DNA of 64,000 nucleotides. Source: an uncultured Candidatus Thioglobus sp. (GTDB lineage Bacteria > Pseudomonadota > Gammaproteobacteria > PS1 > Pseudothioglobaceae). The notes below the pieces were generated by a model. That model was not told the origin of the DNA and ran no database searches. It saw only the letters and a list, made by a program, of their open reading frames with translations. The DNA lies in the NCBI GenBank assembly GCA_964558405.1, contig CAZLDG010000001.1, forward strand, positions 14,326 to 78,325. Direction: 5' to 3'. The position numbers were made by a program, and so were the translations under genes. Positions 45,438 through 56,009 of the stretch are shown here, piece after piece. How positions within the stretch are numbered: the first letter of the stretch is position 1; every line of letters begins with the position of its first letter.

Positions 45438-46109
45438 ATGATTCGTTCACTATTACAAACCACCAGCCCTGTATTTTTCGGCTATGTACCTATGGGCATG
45501 GCCTTTGGTGTGTTATTTCAAGATTTGGGCCATCCTTGGTGGTACGCTACCCTAATGGGCTTGGTAATTTTTGCTGGTAGTGCACAATTCTTAGCTGTTG
45601 GCCTGATTGCTGCTGGTGCTGGTTGGGTTGAGGTATTTTTATCTACCTTCCTACTCAACGCACGTCACTTGTTTTATGGGCTGTCCATGCTAAAACGCTA
45701 TGGACAATGGGGCTTAAGAAAACTGTATTTAATCTTTGGACTGACCGATGAGACTTATGCACTGATTAGCTCGATGGCTGTCACAGACCCTTCTCAAAGT
45801 GAAAAAAAATACTTTTGGATTACTTTGTTTAATCAAAGTTACTGGGTATTAGGCTGCACTCTGGGCGCGCTATTAGGAGCGGCACTGCCTTTTGATACGC
45901 AAGGCATGGAATTTGTGATGACTGCGCTGTTTACCGTGCTACTGATTGAACAATATCAGCGCCTCAAAGAAAGTACACCGCTACTGGTAGCAGCGCTGTC
46001 TTCTTTGCTGATTATCATCGTTTTGCCAGAGCATATGCTCACTGGCTCTATTTTACTTACCCTAAGTATTTTGGCCATTTTGCACCGCTTACCCAAGGAC
46101 AACGCATGA
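45438..46109 (+). CDS. azlC: AzlC family branched-chain amino acid exporter subunit
   Basis: 223 aa polytopic membrane protein. Followed by a small AzlD-like partner with an ATGA overlap. Confidence 0.8.
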   Translation: MIRSLLQTTSPVFFGYVPMGMAFGVLFQDLGHPWWYATLMGLVIFAGSAQFLAVGLIAAGAGWVEVFLSTFLLNARHLFYGLSMLKRYGQWGLRKLYLIFGLTDETYALISSMAVTDPSQSEKKYFWITLFNQSYWVLGCTLGALLGAALPFDTQGMEFVMTALFTVLLIEQYQRLKESTPLLVAALSSLLIIIVLPEHMLTGSILLTLSILAILHRLPKDNA

Positions 46110-46420
46110 ATGAACAAGGCTTACTGATTCTGATTGCTGCAATGGCTCTGGCTACCTTTGCCACACGCGTGATTCCTTTTTTACTATTGCACAATCATAG
46201 CAATCATCCACTGCTAGAAGAAATTGCACGCTATGCACCACCAGCCATTATGAGTATCTTGGTAATCTATAGCATTAAAGACACTGTGCCTCAAATAGGT
46301 GCTATTTTGCCAGTTGTCATCGCTATTGCGCTCACCGTAGTATTGCACCTATGGCGTGGCAATGCGTTGCTTAGCACCTTTGTGGGTACGGCAGCTTATA
46401 TGCTCATGTTGCAAAATTAA
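46106..46420 (+). CDS. azlD: AzlD family branched-chain amino acid transport protein
   Basis: 104 aa with 3-4 TM, coupled to azlC. Confidence 0.72.
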   Translation: MNEQGLLILIAAMALATFATRVIPFLLLHNHSNHPLLEEIARYAPPAIMSILVIYSIKDTVPQIGAILPVVIAIALTVVLHLWRGNALLSTFVGTAAYMLMLQN

Positions 46421-46442
46421 CGTCTGCGCTTGCTCGCTTCAT

Positions 46443-46472
46443 TTGACAAAACCCCAGAGAGACAAGTAGAAT
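46443..46472 (+). promoter_or_regulatory. Candidate sigma-70 promoter for the bactofilin gene
   Basis: TTGACA (46443-46448), an 18-nt spacer, then TAGAAT (46467-46472). Lies 31 nt upstream of the ATG at 46504. Confidence 0.4.
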
Positions 46473-46503
46473 GAGGATTTTTCCCAACCTTTAGTGATTT
46501 GCC

Positions 46504-47043
46504 ATGTTTAATATCAATTCCAAAAATCAAGCCAGTAATCAGCCTGCTGATACCGACGAGCAAAAATTACCCGAATCTATCTTCGAGCAAAACAAACAAA
46601 AAGAGCAAGAGCGACAAAGCAAAACTGTCATCTCTAAAGGTTGTGTGATTCGCGGAGAAGTCTCAGGTGATAACGACATAGAAGTACTAGGCACTATCGA
46701 AGGCTCGGTGTCTTTAAATGGCAACACCTTTAGTGTGGAAGAATCGGCTCAGGTGAATGCCAATATTTCTGCCAAACACGTTAATATCAACGGCAATGTG
46801 GTGGGCAATATCGAGGCGATTGAAAAGATTGTGATTAACGACACTGGCAAGGTTACCGGTGATATGGTTGCCCCTAAAGTGGTACTGAAAGATGGCTCTT
46901 ACTTTAAGGGTGGTATTTCTATGGTGGAGAACAAGGTCAAATCAACACCGGTTAATAGCACCGCAGCCAAAGCTAAACCTGCCGCCAAATCAGCTGAAAA
47001 AACCAAAACTGAAGCGCCTAAAGCACAAGCAGATTTAATTTAA
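46504..47043 (+). CDS. Bactofilin (polymer-forming cytoskeletal protein, DUF583)
   Basis: 179 aa. The central beta-helical repeat core (VISKGCVIRGEVSGDNDIEVLGTIEGSV...INGNVVGNIEA...KVTGDM) is flanked by disordered N- and Lys/Ala-rich C-terminal tails. Confidence 0.75.
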   Translation: MFNINSKNQASNQPADTDEQKLPESIFEQNKQKEQERQSKTVISKGCVIRGEVSGDNDIEVLGTIEGSVSLNGNTFSVEESAQVNANISAKHVNINGNVVGNIEAIEKIVINDTGKVTGDMVAPKVVLKDGSYFKGGISMVENKVKSTPVNSTAAKAKPAAKSAEKTKTEAPKAQADLI

Positions 47044-47052
47044 AAAAAAATA

Positions 47053-47140
47053 TGGTGGAGAGAGAGGGATTCGAACCCTCGGTACGTTACCGTACACACG
47101 CTTTCCAAGCGTGCTCATTCGGCCGCTCTGACATCTCTCC
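47053..47140 (-). tRNA. tRNA-Ser (anticodon GGA), CCA encoded
   Basis: The reverse complement reads GGAGAGA-TG-...-CACGC-TTGGAAA-GCGTG-(long variable arm GTACGGTAACGTAC)-GAGGG-TTCGAAT-CCCTC-TCTCTCC-A-CCA. It is a class II cloverleaf with GGA in the anticodon loop. Confidence 0.92.
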
Positions 47141-47148
47141 GAAACTGT

Positions 47149-49158
47149 TTAACTGATTTTCATCCCCGGCTTAGCGCCTGAATCTGGGGATAGAATATGC
47201 AAGGACTTGCCATCGCCGGCCGCTAGCACCATGCCTTCTGAGATGCCGAATTTCATCTTTCTTGGTGCAAGATTAGCCACCATCACCGTTAGGCGTCCTT
47301 CCAAATCTTCTGCTTTGTAATGCGCTTTGATACCGGCGAATACATTGCGTGTATTCTCTTCACCAATATCCAGGGTTAGCTGCAAGAGTTTGTCTGCACC
47401 TTCCACATTATTGGCTTTCACAATCTTGGCCACTCTTAGCTCTACTTTTGCAAAATCTTCGATGCTGATCATGTTTGACTCTTCCTTGGGTTGTTCTTTC
47501 GCAGGGGCTTGTGCAATCGCTTCTTTCGAGGCTTCAATCACATTGGCAATCTGCTCATCTTCAATACGTGCCATTAGTGGCTTAAATTTGTTAATTTGAT
47601 GCTTGGTAAGTGGGTGCTTTAAATCATCCCAGTTTAGCGTGTCTACATTTAAAAACGCTTGTGCTTTGTCCGCCATCACGGGTAGTACCGGCTTAAGATA
47701 AGTCACCAATACTCTAAACAGGTTAAGCGCCAAAGAAGCCACATCGTGCACCTTGGCTTCCATGCCCTGCTCTTTAATTAACTGCCAAGGTTTGTGCTCA
47801 TCGATATATTGATTGGCACGATCGGCCAGTTTCATAATCTCACGCATGGCTTGGTTGTAATTACGCGCCTCGTACAAAGCGGCAATCTCTGCGCCTTTGG
47901 CAACAAAATCGTTATACAACTCAGACTCAATCGCATAAGCCGATAGCGTCTTGTCAAATTTTTTCACCACAAAGCCCGCGCTACGCGAAGCAATATTCAC
48001 CACTTTGCCAACCAGATCAGAATTAACACGCTGCTTAAAATCTTCCAGATTTAGATCGATATCATCAATCTTATGTGAAAGCTTATAAGCGTAGTAATAA
48101 CGCAAATACTCAGGATTTAGATGATCCAAGTAAGTTCTGGCCTGGATAAAGGTGCCACGCGATTTACTCATCTTTTGACCGTTAACCGTTAAAAAGCCGT
48201 GCGAGTAAATCGCATTTGGGGTGCGATAATCTGAACCCATCAACATCGCTGGCCAGAATAAGGCGTGGAAATAAACAATATCCTTACCAATGAAATGATA
48301 GAGTTCGGTCTTCGAGTCTTTGTTGAAGTACTCATCAAAATCCAAACCTTGTTCGCTACAGAGTTTTTTGAAACTGGCCATATAGCCAATCGGTGCATCT
48401 AACCAAACGTAGAAATATTTGTTCTCAACGCCGGGAATTTGAAAACCAAAATATGGCGCATCACGTGAGATATCCCATTGCTGCAGACCTTGCTCAAACC
48501 ATTCGGCCAGCTTGTTAGAAATTTCTTCTTGCAAATGTCCGGCTGCGGTCCAGTCTTTAAGCTGAGACTCAAACTGAGGCAGGTCAAAGAAATAATGCTC
48601 CGAGTCTTTAGTAATTGGGGTGGCGCCTGAGACTGCAGATTTGGCGTTTTTTAACTCAGTTGGTGAATAGGTTGCACCGCAAGCCTCGCAATTATCACCG
48701 TATTGATCGATAGCACCACACTTAGGACAATCGCCTTTGATAAAACGATCAGGTAAGAACATTTGCTTTTCAGGGTCAAAGGCTTGCGAGATCGTGCGCG
48801 TTTTAATATAGCCTGCCGCATTGAGCTTATTATAAATGCCAGCTGAAATTTCACGATTTTCTTCACTATGGGTTGAGTGGTACTGACTAAAACCAATAGA
48901 AAATTCTTTAAAATCCGCCTGGTGGCGCTCGCTCACGCCAGCAATTAGCTCTTCTGGACTAATACCCAGCTCATTGGCTTTGAGCATAATAGGTGTACCA
49001 TGGGCATCATCAGCACAGACGTAGTGACACTCATGACCCATCATTTGTTGAAAGCGCACCCAAATATCGGTTTGAATATATTCCAACAAATGCCCCAGGT
49101 GGATTTCACCATTGGCATAAGGCAGAGCTGAAGTTACTAAGATTTTGCGCTGAGTCAT
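47149..49158 (-). CDS. metG: Methionyl-tRNA synthetase (with C-terminal tRNA-binding domain)
   Basis: 669 aa. HLGH ([11 protein letters not shown]) and KMSKS motifs, a zinc knuckle CPKCG...CEACG, and a C-terminal Trbp111/EMAPII-like domain. Confidence 0.97.
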   Translation of the reverse strand: MTQRKILVTSALPYANGEIHLGHLLEYIQTDIWVRFQQMMGHECHYVCADDAHGTPIMLKANELGISPEELIAGVSERHQADFKEFSIGFSQYHSTHSEENREISAGIYNKLNAAGYIKTRTISQAFDPEKQMFLPDRFIKGDCPKCGAIDQYGDNCEACGATYSPTELKNAKSAVSGATPITKDSEHYFFDLPQFESQLKDWTAAGHLQEEISNKLAEWFEQGLQQWDISRDAPYFGFQIPGVENKYFYVWLDAPIGYMASFKKLCSEQGLDFDEYFNKDSKTELYHFIGKDIVYFHALFWPAMLMGSDYRTPNAIYSHGFLTVNGQKMSKSRGTFIQARTYLDHLNPEYLRYYYAYKLSHKIDDIDLNLEDFKQRVNSDLVGKVVNIASRSAGFVVKKFDKTLSAYAIESELYNDFVAKGAEIAALYEARNYNQAMREIMKLADRANQYIDEHKPWQLIKEQGMEAKVHDVASLALNLFRVLVTYLKPVLPVMADKAQAFLNVDTLNWDDLKHPLTKHQINKFKPLMARIEDEQIANVIEASKEAIAQAPAKEQPKEESNMISIEDFAKVELRVAKIVKANNVEGADKLLQLTLDIGEENTRNVFAGIKAHYKAEDLEGRLTVMVANLAPRKMKFGISEGMVLAAGDGKSLHILSPDSGAKPGMKIS

Positions 49159-49251
49159 AAAGGTTATATTACAAATAGGCCTATTAATATTAAGGACGGC
49201 TTATATGGTTATACGATAAAATAGCGTATTTTACTTAATGGAGCTAGTTTT

Positions 49252-50334
49252 ATGGCGGATTTAACCCAGAATCAAGTCGAAGAAATTTTATCTGGCGTGA
49301 TTGACGTACACACTGAGCAAGACATTGTTTCTTCTAATGCTGTTGAGGCAATTAATATTGATAGTGATGCTGTTGAAATTCAAGTGGTGCTCAACTATCC
49401 AGCCAAAAGCTATCATCCAACTCTAAGCGAGAACATCACCCAAGCACTTAGCGCTGCTGGCATTAACAATGCCAAGGTGAGTATTGACACTAAGATTTCA
49501 AAATACTCCACGCAAAAAGGCGTTGAAGCCTTGCCAGAAGTGAAAAACATCATTGCTGTTGCCTCAGGCAAAGGTGGTGTGGGTAAATCAACCACCTCAG
49601 TAAACCTAGCACTAGCCTTGCAAGCTGAAGGCGCCAAAGTGGCGATTTTAGATGCAGATATCTACGGCCCTTCACAACCAAGAATGCTGGGTGTGAGCAC
49701 ACTAAAACCGGATTCATCAGGTGAAGGCAAGCTCTTACCAATTCTAGGTCATGGTATGCAATCGATGTCAATTGGTTATTTGGTAGAAGAAGATTCGCCA
49801 ATGATTTGGCGTGGTCCAATGATTACTCAAGCGCTAGAGCAAATGCTAAGAGATACACTATGGCGTGGTGTGGATTATATGATTATCGACCTGCCACCAG
49901 GCACAGGTGACACGCAATTAACGCTATCGCAAAAGATTCCAGTGAGTGGCTCAGTAATTGTGACCACACCACAAGACATCGCCCTACTAGATGCCAAGAA
50001 AGGCTTAAAGATGTTTGAGAAAGTTAACATTCCAATTCTGGGCATTGTAGAGAATATGTCTTTGCATATTTGCTCTAAGTGTGGTCATGAAGAGGCAATC
50101 TTTGGCGTTGGCGGCGGTGAGTCTATGGCCAGTGAAGCTGGGGTTAATTTCCTAGGCGCTCTACCACTAGAGATTAATATTCGTACCGATGTGGACGAAG
50201 GCACACCTACCGTGGTGAAAGACCCTGAGGGCAGAACCGCAGAAATCTATAAAGAGATTGCACGTAAAACTGCAGCTAAATTATCTCTACAAGATAAAGA
50301 GCTGGCTTCTTTCCCAAGCATTACCATCGAATAA
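49252..50334 (+). CDS. apbC: Fe-S cluster carrier ATPase ApbC/Mrp
   Basis: 360 aa. N-terminal DUF59-like domain, deviant Walker A SGKGGVGKST, and CSKCGH (CxxC). Divergent from metG, as in E. coli. Confidence 0.92.
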   Translation: MADLTQNQVEEILSGVIDVHTEQDIVSSNAVEAINIDSDAVEIQVVLNYPAKSYHPTLSENITQALSAAGINNAKVSIDTKISKYSTQKGVEALPEVKNIIAVASGKGGVGKSTTSVNLALALQAEGAKVAILDADIYGPSQPRMLGVSTLKPDSSGEGKLLPILGHGMQSMSIGYLVEEDSPMIWRGPMITQALEQMLRDTLWRGVDYMIIDLPPGTGDTQLTLSQKIPVSGSVIVTTPQDIALLDAKKGLKMFEKVNIPILGIVENMSLHICSKCGHEEAIFGVGGGESMASEAGVNFLGALPLEINIRTDVDEGTPTVVKDPEGRTAEIYKEIARKTAAKLSLQDKELASFPSITIE

Positions 50335-50407
50335 TACAATTCTCCCCATCGTCTGCACAATGGGGAGAATATCATTAGAATAAGTATTTTTTACGGGTCA
50401 ATCCATT

Positions 50408-50833
50408 ATGAGTAGTTATTTCGAAGAGTTTCAATCGCGTTTTATCGGCATTATGCAATTAGATGATTGTGATGTGCTGTTACAACGACTGATTGACAAC
50501 CCAGATAATTGGTACTTATACGATACAGACGCTGAAGTTCCGACTCAAATGCTAGAACCAACACTATTTGCCCAGAGCATCAAACAAATCAAAACCATTC
50601 TTGATGAAGAGCATAAAGAGCGCTATTGTGGCATTGTTTATACCGATGATCTCAAACAACCAAGCTTTGTTAAAGTGTTTCACCCCAATAATCTAGGCAA
50701 GGTTTGTGGCAGCAGTGAAAACCCACCGATGCCAAAATGGCTAATCTCAAAAACTGCGCCTGAGGATGTGGTGAGTGAGTTTGGCCCTAAGGAAGAAGAC
50801 CCGGGTTTTATTTCTAAACTGTTAAAACTCTAG
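50408..50833 (+). CDS. Hypothetical cytoplasmic protein
   Basis: 141 aa intact ORF with coding-like composition. I recognise no motif. Confidence 0.5.
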   Translation: MSSYFEEFQSRFIGIMQLDDCDVLLQRLIDNPDNWYLYDTDAEVPTQMLEPTLFAQSIKQIKTILDEEHKERYCGIVYTDDLKQPSFVKVFHPNNLGKVCGSSENPPMPKWLISKTAPEDVVSEFGPKEEDPGFISKLLKL

Positions 50834-50834
50834 A

Positions 50835-51173
50835 TTAGTGATTTTCTGACACCTGGTTAATGGTGTATTTTGGAATCTCAATCACCAAGTCTTCATCACC
50901 AACCACAGCCTGACAAGAAAGCCTAGAGTCAGGATCTAAGCCCCAGGCCTTATCCAATAAATCATCTTCAGTTTCATCAGATTCTTCAATCGAATCAAAA
51001 CCTTCACGAATATACACATGACAAGTGGTGCAAGCATTAGACATCTCGCATGCGTGCTCAATCTCCACATCATTAGCCAATAGTGCATCACAAACACTGG
51101 TGCCTGTTTGGGTTTCAATCACGATGCCTTCTGGACATAATTCCGCGTGTGGTAGTACAATAATTTGTGGCAT
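50835..51173 (-). CDS. fdx: ISC-system [2Fe-2S] ferredoxin
   Basis: The ORF is open to 51230. The Met at 51173 (MPQIIVLPH) has AGGAGAGAGAGC upstream and gives a ~112 aa protein. Adrenodoxin-type Cys pattern C...CEMSNACTTCH...C. Confidence 0.9.
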   Translation of the reverse strand: MPQIIVLPHAELCPEGIVIETQTGTSVCDALLANDVEIEHACEMSNACTTCHVYIREGFDSIEESDETEDDLLDKAWGLDPDSRLSCQAVVGDEDLVIEIPKYTINQVSENH

Positions 51174-51183
51174 GCTCTCTCTC

Positions 51184-53034
51184 CTAAGATTCAAACTCAT
51201 CAACGCGATGACCCTGCATGGCTTTGGCAATGGTCTTATTCATACGCATTTCCACAAACTTGGCTGCGCTCGCTTCTAAGTTATCAATTTTGTCTTTAAT
51301 TTGTTGTTCGTTATCGTCTCTGGCAACGGCAGATAATTCCTCTCTGGCTTTTAATATCTCATCCAGCATGTCAGCATCTAGCATCGCTTTATCTTTTTCT
51401 AAAGCCGAATCAATCGCCTCCAAGGTTCGGTCCGCCTCTACTTGCATCTCGTGTAGTTGACGTGCTTGGATATCTGCTTGTGCGTGCACAATCGAGTCTT
51501 TTAGCATTTTCTCCATTTGCTCGTCACTCAAACCATAAGAAGGTTTCACCGTAATATCGGCCTTGACCCCTGAGGTTTGCTCACTGGCACTAACCGATAA
51601 TAGGCCATCGGCATCAACCTGAAACTCCACGCGAATACGCGCATTACCTGCGACCATCGGCGGAATGCCGCGCAACTCAAACTTGGCTAGAGATCGACAA
51701 TCGCTCACCAGCTCACGCTCGCCTTGAAGCACATGAATCCCCATGGCAGTTTGCCCGTCTTTAAAAGTGGTGAATTCTTGGGCGCGAGTAATTGGAATGG
51801 TGGTATTGCGATGCACGACTTTTTCCACCAAACCACCCATGGTCTCTAAACCGAGTGAGAGTGGCAGTACATCTAGTAGCAACATGTCATCGCCTGATTT
51901 ATTACCAGCCAGAATATTGGCCTGAATCGCTGCACCTTTGGCTACCACTTCATCAGGATTAATCGAGCACAATACTTCGGTGTTAAACAGCTCACCGACC
52001 ATCTCGCGAACAATCGGCATACGTGTTGAACCGCCGACCATAATCACATCTTTTACCGCAGAAACATCTACCTCAGCATCACGCAAAGCACGCTTACTTA
52101 GTAACAAAGTGCGCTTTACCAAAGCCTTGGCTAGGCTATTGAATTTATCTTTGGTAATGCGATACGGTGTCTCTACGCAATCAAATTCAGCGTAATCTTG
52201 ATGACTTAGGGTTTCCTTAGCAGTACGTGCAAATTGCTTAATTTTCTGCATCTGTGTTGGATTAAGCTCATCAATACTCAACTGCTCAATACAATCCTCA
52301 ATAATCAGCTGATCAAAGTCATCACCGCCCAGAGCTGAATCACCACCGGTAGAAAGCACTTTAAATACACCCTTGGAAAAACTCAGAATAGAAATATCAA
52401 AGGTACCACCACCGAGATCGTAAACCGCGTGCACACCCTCTTCACCTGACTCTAAACCATAAGCCACCGCTGCCGCAGTTGGCTCGTTAAGCAGCCTTAA
52501 TACCTTGAGTCCAGCCAAGGTGGCTGCATCTTTGGTAGCCTGACGTTGAGCATCGTTAAAATAAGCCGGTACAGTAATAACCGCGCCACTGAGCTCACCA
52601 CCGAGTGAATCTTCAGCTCTTTGTTTGAGTGAAGAGAGAATGCTCGAGGAAATCTCCACCGCAGAAAGATCACCCATCGCAGTATGAAACAGCACATTAT
52701 TCAGATTCTCAACCAATTGGTATGGACAATTCTTAAAACTTTTGGCCTCTTGATAACTTAAGCCCATAAAGCGCTTAACCGAGACAATGGTATTGGTCGG
52801 ATCAGTTTTGGCATAAGGACAAGCCTCACAACCTACGGTTAATTTGTTGTCTTTGCCACAATGCACGACCGAAGGTAGGATAGCCTCATCATTCTCATCA
52901 GTCAGTACCGTGCTTTTACCGCTTTTAACCGCAGCCACCAAAGAATTGGTGGTACCCAAATCAATACCTACCGCCAGCTTATGCTGATGCGGGGCTTGTG
53001 ATTGTCCGGGTTCTGCGATCTGTAATAAGGCCAT
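51184..53034 (-). CDS. hscA: Fe-S cluster assembly Hsp70 chaperone HscA
   Basis: 616 aa. [17 protein letters not shown] and the Hsp70 substrate-binding domain, in the isc operon context. Confidence 0.96.
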   Translation of the reverse strand: MALLQIAEPGQSQAPHQHKLAVGIDLGTTNSLVAAVKSGKSTVLTDENDEAILPSVVHCGKDNKLTVGCEACPYAKTDPTNTIVSVKRFMGLSYQEAKSFKNCPYQLVENLNNVLFHTAMGDLSAVEISSSILSSLKQRAEDSLGGELSGAVITVPAYFNDAQRQATKDAATLAGLKVLRLLNEPTAAAVAYGLESGEEGVHAVYDLGGGTFDISILSFSKGVFKVLSTGGDSALGGDDFDQLIIEDCIEQLSIDELNPTQMQKIKQFARTAKETLSHQDYAEFDCVETPYRITKDKFNSLAKALVKRTLLLSKRALRDAEVDVSAVKDVIMVGGSTRMPIVREMVGELFNTEVLCSINPDEVVAKGAAIQANILAGNKSGDDMLLLDVLPLSLGLETMGGLVEKVVHRNTTIPITRAQEFTTFKDGQTAMGIHVLQGERELVSDCRSLAKFELRGIPPMVAGNARIRVEFQVDADGLLSVSASEQTSGVKADITVKPSYGLSDEQMEKMLKDSIVHAQADIQARQLHEMQVEADRTLEAIDSALEKDKAMLDADMLDEILKAREELSAVARDDNEQQIKDKIDNLEASAAKFVEMRMNKTIAKAMQGHRVDEFES

Positions 53035-53040
53035 AATCTC

Positions 53041-53553
53041 TTATAAAAATTCATCCATCAGCGCTTGAGCCTGGGTATTGAGTTGTGTGTAGAACTTTAA
53101 CTCTCTAACCAGATTCTTAATCTCTACCATTTCACCCGTGGCAAACAAGGCGCTTATTTGGCTGATATTATCCTTGATTTTCACGCCGATATTCTCAATG
53201 AAATCATCCAATGCCAATTCATCAGCCTCAGCTTGAATTGCCTCTAGGGATTCTCTGAGTTCGATTTGCGCCATGAGAAAACCCACATCCATCTTCGTGT
53301 CTTTTTCATCAAAGGCTTGAATGTTGTTAAGCTCTAGTAGATAGGTGGCACGATTCAGCGGATCTTTTAACGTATCAAAAGCGCTATTAATCAGTGAGGT
53401 ATTTTGCACGGCTTGGAGTTGCGATTTCTCATCCTCGTTGGCAAATTTATCCGGATGATATTGAGCAATTTGCGCCTGGTAACTGGCCTCTAGTTGTTGC
53501 GCATCGATATCAAACTCTGGCATCAATGCAAACAGCTGAAAGTAGTTTTGCAT
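53041..53553 (-). CDS. hscB: Fe-S cluster assembly J-type co-chaperone HscB
   Basis: 170 aa. J-domain with HPD (QYHPDKF) plus a helical C-domain. Confidence 0.9.
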   Translation of the reverse strand: MQNYFQLFALMPEFDIDAQQLEASYQAQIAQYHPDKFANEDEKSQLQAVQNTSLINSAFDTLKDPLNRATYLLELNNIQAFDEKDTKMDVGFLMAQIELRESLEAIQAEADELALDDFIENIGVKIKDNISQISALFATGEMVEIKNLVRELKFYTQLNTQAQALMDEFL

Positions 53554-53562
53554 GATGGGTAT

Positions 53563-53886
53563 TTAAACAGTGAAAGATTCGCCACAGCCGCATTCAGCCT
53601 TGGCATTTGGATTGTTAAATTCAAAGCCTTCGTTTAGCCCTTCTTTAACAAAATCCACCTCGGTACCATCAAGATAAATCAGACTCTTGGCATCGACAAT
53701 AACCCTAACCCCATGATCCTCAAAGGTAGTGTCGTCCTCATTGACCTCATCCACAAACTCAATGTTATAACCCAGTCCTGAACAACCCGTGGTTTGTACT
53801 GCTAAACGAATACCAATACCCGAGCCACGATTGTTGAGAAAATCAACAATACGATCAGCAGCAACTTGAGTTAGGGTAACAGCCAT
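53563..53886 (-). CDS. iscA: Iron-sulfur cluster insertion/A-type carrier protein IscA
   Basis: 107 aa. GCSG ... and a C-terminal CGCGESF. Confidence 0.93.
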   Translation of the reverse strand: MAVTLTQVAADRIVDFLNNRGSGIGIRLAVQTTGCSGLGYNIEFVDEVNEDDTTFEDHGVRVIVDAKSLIYLDGTEVDFVKEGLNEGFEFNNPNAKAECGCGESFTV

Positions 53887-53894
53887 TAAACTTA

Positions 53895-54272
53895 TTATGC
53901 TTTGTTTTTAATGTCTTCAATTGCGGCTTTAATTGCGTCTTCAGCCAAAACTGAGCAATGCACTTTAACCGGTGGCAAGGCTAACTCTTCTGCAATGTCT
54001 GAATTCTTAATCTGCGCTGCTTCTTCTAAGGTTTTACCCTTAACCCATTCGGTTAATAGTGAGCTCGAAGCAATGGCTGAGCCACAGCCGTAAGTCTTAA
54101 ACTTGGCCTGTTCAATGACACCGTCATCATCAACTTGAATTTGCAAGCGCATTACATCGCCACACGCAGGAGCACCAACCATACCGGTACCAACATTTTT
54201 AGCATCTTTATCTAACACCCCCACGTTACGAGGATTTTCATAATGATCCATTACTTTATCGCCATATGCCAT
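53895..54272 (-). CDS. iscU: Fe-S cluster scaffold IscU
   Basis: 125 aa. [17 protein letters not shown] and LPPVKVHCS motifs. Confidence 0.97.
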   Translation of the reverse strand: MAYGDKVMDHYENPRNVGVLDKDAKNVGTGMVGAPACGDVMRLQIQVDDDGVIEQAKFKTYGCGSAIASSSLLTEWVKGKTLEEAAQIKNSDIAEELALPPVKVHCSVLAEDAIKAAIEDIKNKA

Positions 54273-54303
54273 CTCTATTCTCCTATTTGCGTTTTATTCT
54301 ATA

Positions 54304-55518
54304 TTAATGTGCCGACCACTGGACTGTTGAGAGATCAATACCCTCTTTATACATATCCCATAGTGGTGATAATGCTCTAAGTTTTTCCACTTTGGCGCGT
54401 ACCAATTCAATGGCTTCATCCACGTCTTTTTCACTGGTGTAACGACCAATACTAAAGCGAATCGAAGAGTGTGCCAACTCATCACTTAAGCCTAATGCTC
54501 TCAGTACATAAGAAGGCTCCAGTGAAGCTGAAGTACAAGCCGAACCTGAAGACACAGCAATATCACTAATGGCCATCATTAATGACTCACCTTCCACGTA
54601 GTTAAAGCTAATGTTTAGATTGCCCGGAATACGCTGATCCAAGTCACCATTAACCACCACTTCTTCCATATCAGCAAAACCGGCTAATAATCGATCACGT
54701 AGTACAGTGATGCGCTTATTCTCTGCTTCCATCTCGTCTTTGGCAATGGCAAAAGCCGCACCCATACCAACGATTTGATGCGTGGCCAATGTGCCCGAGC
54801 GCATACCACGCTCATGACCACCGCCATGCATTTGTGCCTCGAGTCGAACGCGAGGCTTACGACGCACATAGAGTGCACCCATGCCCTTAGGACCATAAAT
54901 CTTATGTGCTGAGAAACTCATTAGATCTACTGGCAACGTAGAGAGATCAATTGCAACCTTACCCGCAGATTGTGCTGCATCCACATGGAAAAATACCTTG
55001 TGCTCACGACAAATATTACCAATGGCTTCAATGTCTTGAATCACACCAATCTCGTTATTTACGTGCATAACCGAGACCAAGATAGTGTCTTCGCGAATCG
55101 CTGCTTTTAAAACATTCAAATCTAAAATGCCGTTAGACATTGGATCTAAGTAAGTGACCTCATAACCTTCTCTTTCTAGCTGACGACAGGTATCAAGTAC
55201 CGCCTTATGTTCGGTCTTTAGCGTAATAATATGATTGCCTTTTTTCTTATAAAAATGCGCAATACCTTTAATAGCCAGGTTATCTGACTCGGTTGCACCT
55301 GAGGTCCAAACAATCTCTTTGGGATCAGCACCTACCAAATCTGCTACTTGTGCTCTTGCCTTAGTAACCGCTTCATCTGCTTGCCAACCATAATAATGTG
55401 AACGTGAGGCTGGATTACCAAAATCACCTTCCATGGTTAGGTATTTCATCATTTCTTTGGCTACACGCTCATCAACAGGTGTAGTAGCCGAATAGTCCAT
55501 ATACGTTGGAATTGACAT
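54304..55518 (-). CDS. iscS: Cysteine desulfurase IscS
   Basis: 404 aa. PLP site [10 protein letters not shown], active-site loop SSGSACTS, and C-terminal ...WSAH. Confidence 0.97.
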   Translation of the reverse strand: MSIPTYMDYSATTPVDERVAKEMMKYLTMEGDFGNPASRSHYYGWQADEAVTKARAQVADLVGADPKEIVWTSGATESDNLAIKGIAHFYKKKGNHIITLKTEHKAVLDTCRQLEREGYEVTYLDPMSNGILDLNVLKAAIREDTILVSVMHVNNEIGVIQDIEAIGNICREHKVFFHVDAAQSAGKVAIDLSTLPVDLMSFSAHKIYGPKGMGALYVRRKPRVRLEAQMHGGGHERGMRSGTLATHQIVGMGAAFAIAKDEMEAENKRITVLRDRLLAGFADMEEVVVNGDLDQRIPGNLNISFNYVEGESLMMAISDIAVSSGSACTSASLEPSYVLRALGLSDELAHSSIRFSIGRYTSEKDVDEAIELVRAKVEKLRALSPLWDMYKEGIDLSTVQWSAH

Positions 55519-55535
55519 TAAATTTGTCCTTGTAA

Positions 55536-55949
55536 TTAGTTGTTTAAATTATGCTCGTCAATAATCATTTGCAGGGTTTTACTGCTTAGAAAATTTCTAA
55601 TTTGATCACTTACATCACACCAAAGCTGATGTGAAATACAACGTCTGCCATTTTGACAGCCTGTTGAGCCCTTACAGCGACGCAAATCAATATTCTCATC
55701 TACGGCTTCCACAATTTGTGTCAGAGTAATATCCTTGGCTGCTGCATCTAGCAGATAACCACCACCAGGTCCACGCACACTTTTGACCAAGTCCGCACGT
55801 CTTAATTTGGCAAACAGTTGCTCAAGATAAGACAAAGAAATATTTTGTCGTTGCGAGATAATGTCCAGGGTAATTGGCTTGCCAGTATCGTTGCTAGCCA
55901 AGTCCAACATTGCAGTTACGGCATAACGCCCTTTGGTTGTCAGTTGCAT
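55536..55949 (-). CDS. iscR: Rrf2-family Fe-S cluster regulator IscR
   Basis: 137 aa. [18 protein letters not shown] wHTH, and cluster-ligand region C..C.....C plus H. Confidence 0.9.
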   Translation of the reverse strand: MQLTTKGRYAVTAMLDLASNDTGKPITLDIISQRQNISLSYLEQLFAKLRRADLVKSVRGPGGGYLLDAAAKDITLTQIVEAVDENIDLRRCKGSTGCQNGRRCISHQLWCDVSDQIRNFLSSKTLQMIIDEHNLNN

Positions 55950-55979
55950 AGTTAATCCTAGTTTGTATAACTGTATATC

Positions 55980-56009
55980 ATTATACGGTTAACCTAGTTA
56001 TTTAGTCAA
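55980..56009 (-). promoter_or_regulatory. Candidate sigma-70 promoter of the isc operon, with an IscR half-site-like element
   Basis: On the minus strand: TTGACT (56009-56004), an 18-nt spacer, then TATAAT (55985-55980). GCTTGACTAAAT overlaps the -35 and resembles the left half of the type-1 IscR motif. The right half is degenerate. Confidence 0.5.

Noticed and set aside
47041-47148. tRNA-Ser considered as a possible integration hotspot marking a genomic island.
   Set aside because: There is no integrase, no partial tRNA direct repeat and no phage or IS gene on either side. The flanking genes are housekeeping (metG) or ordinary (bactofilin, azlCD).
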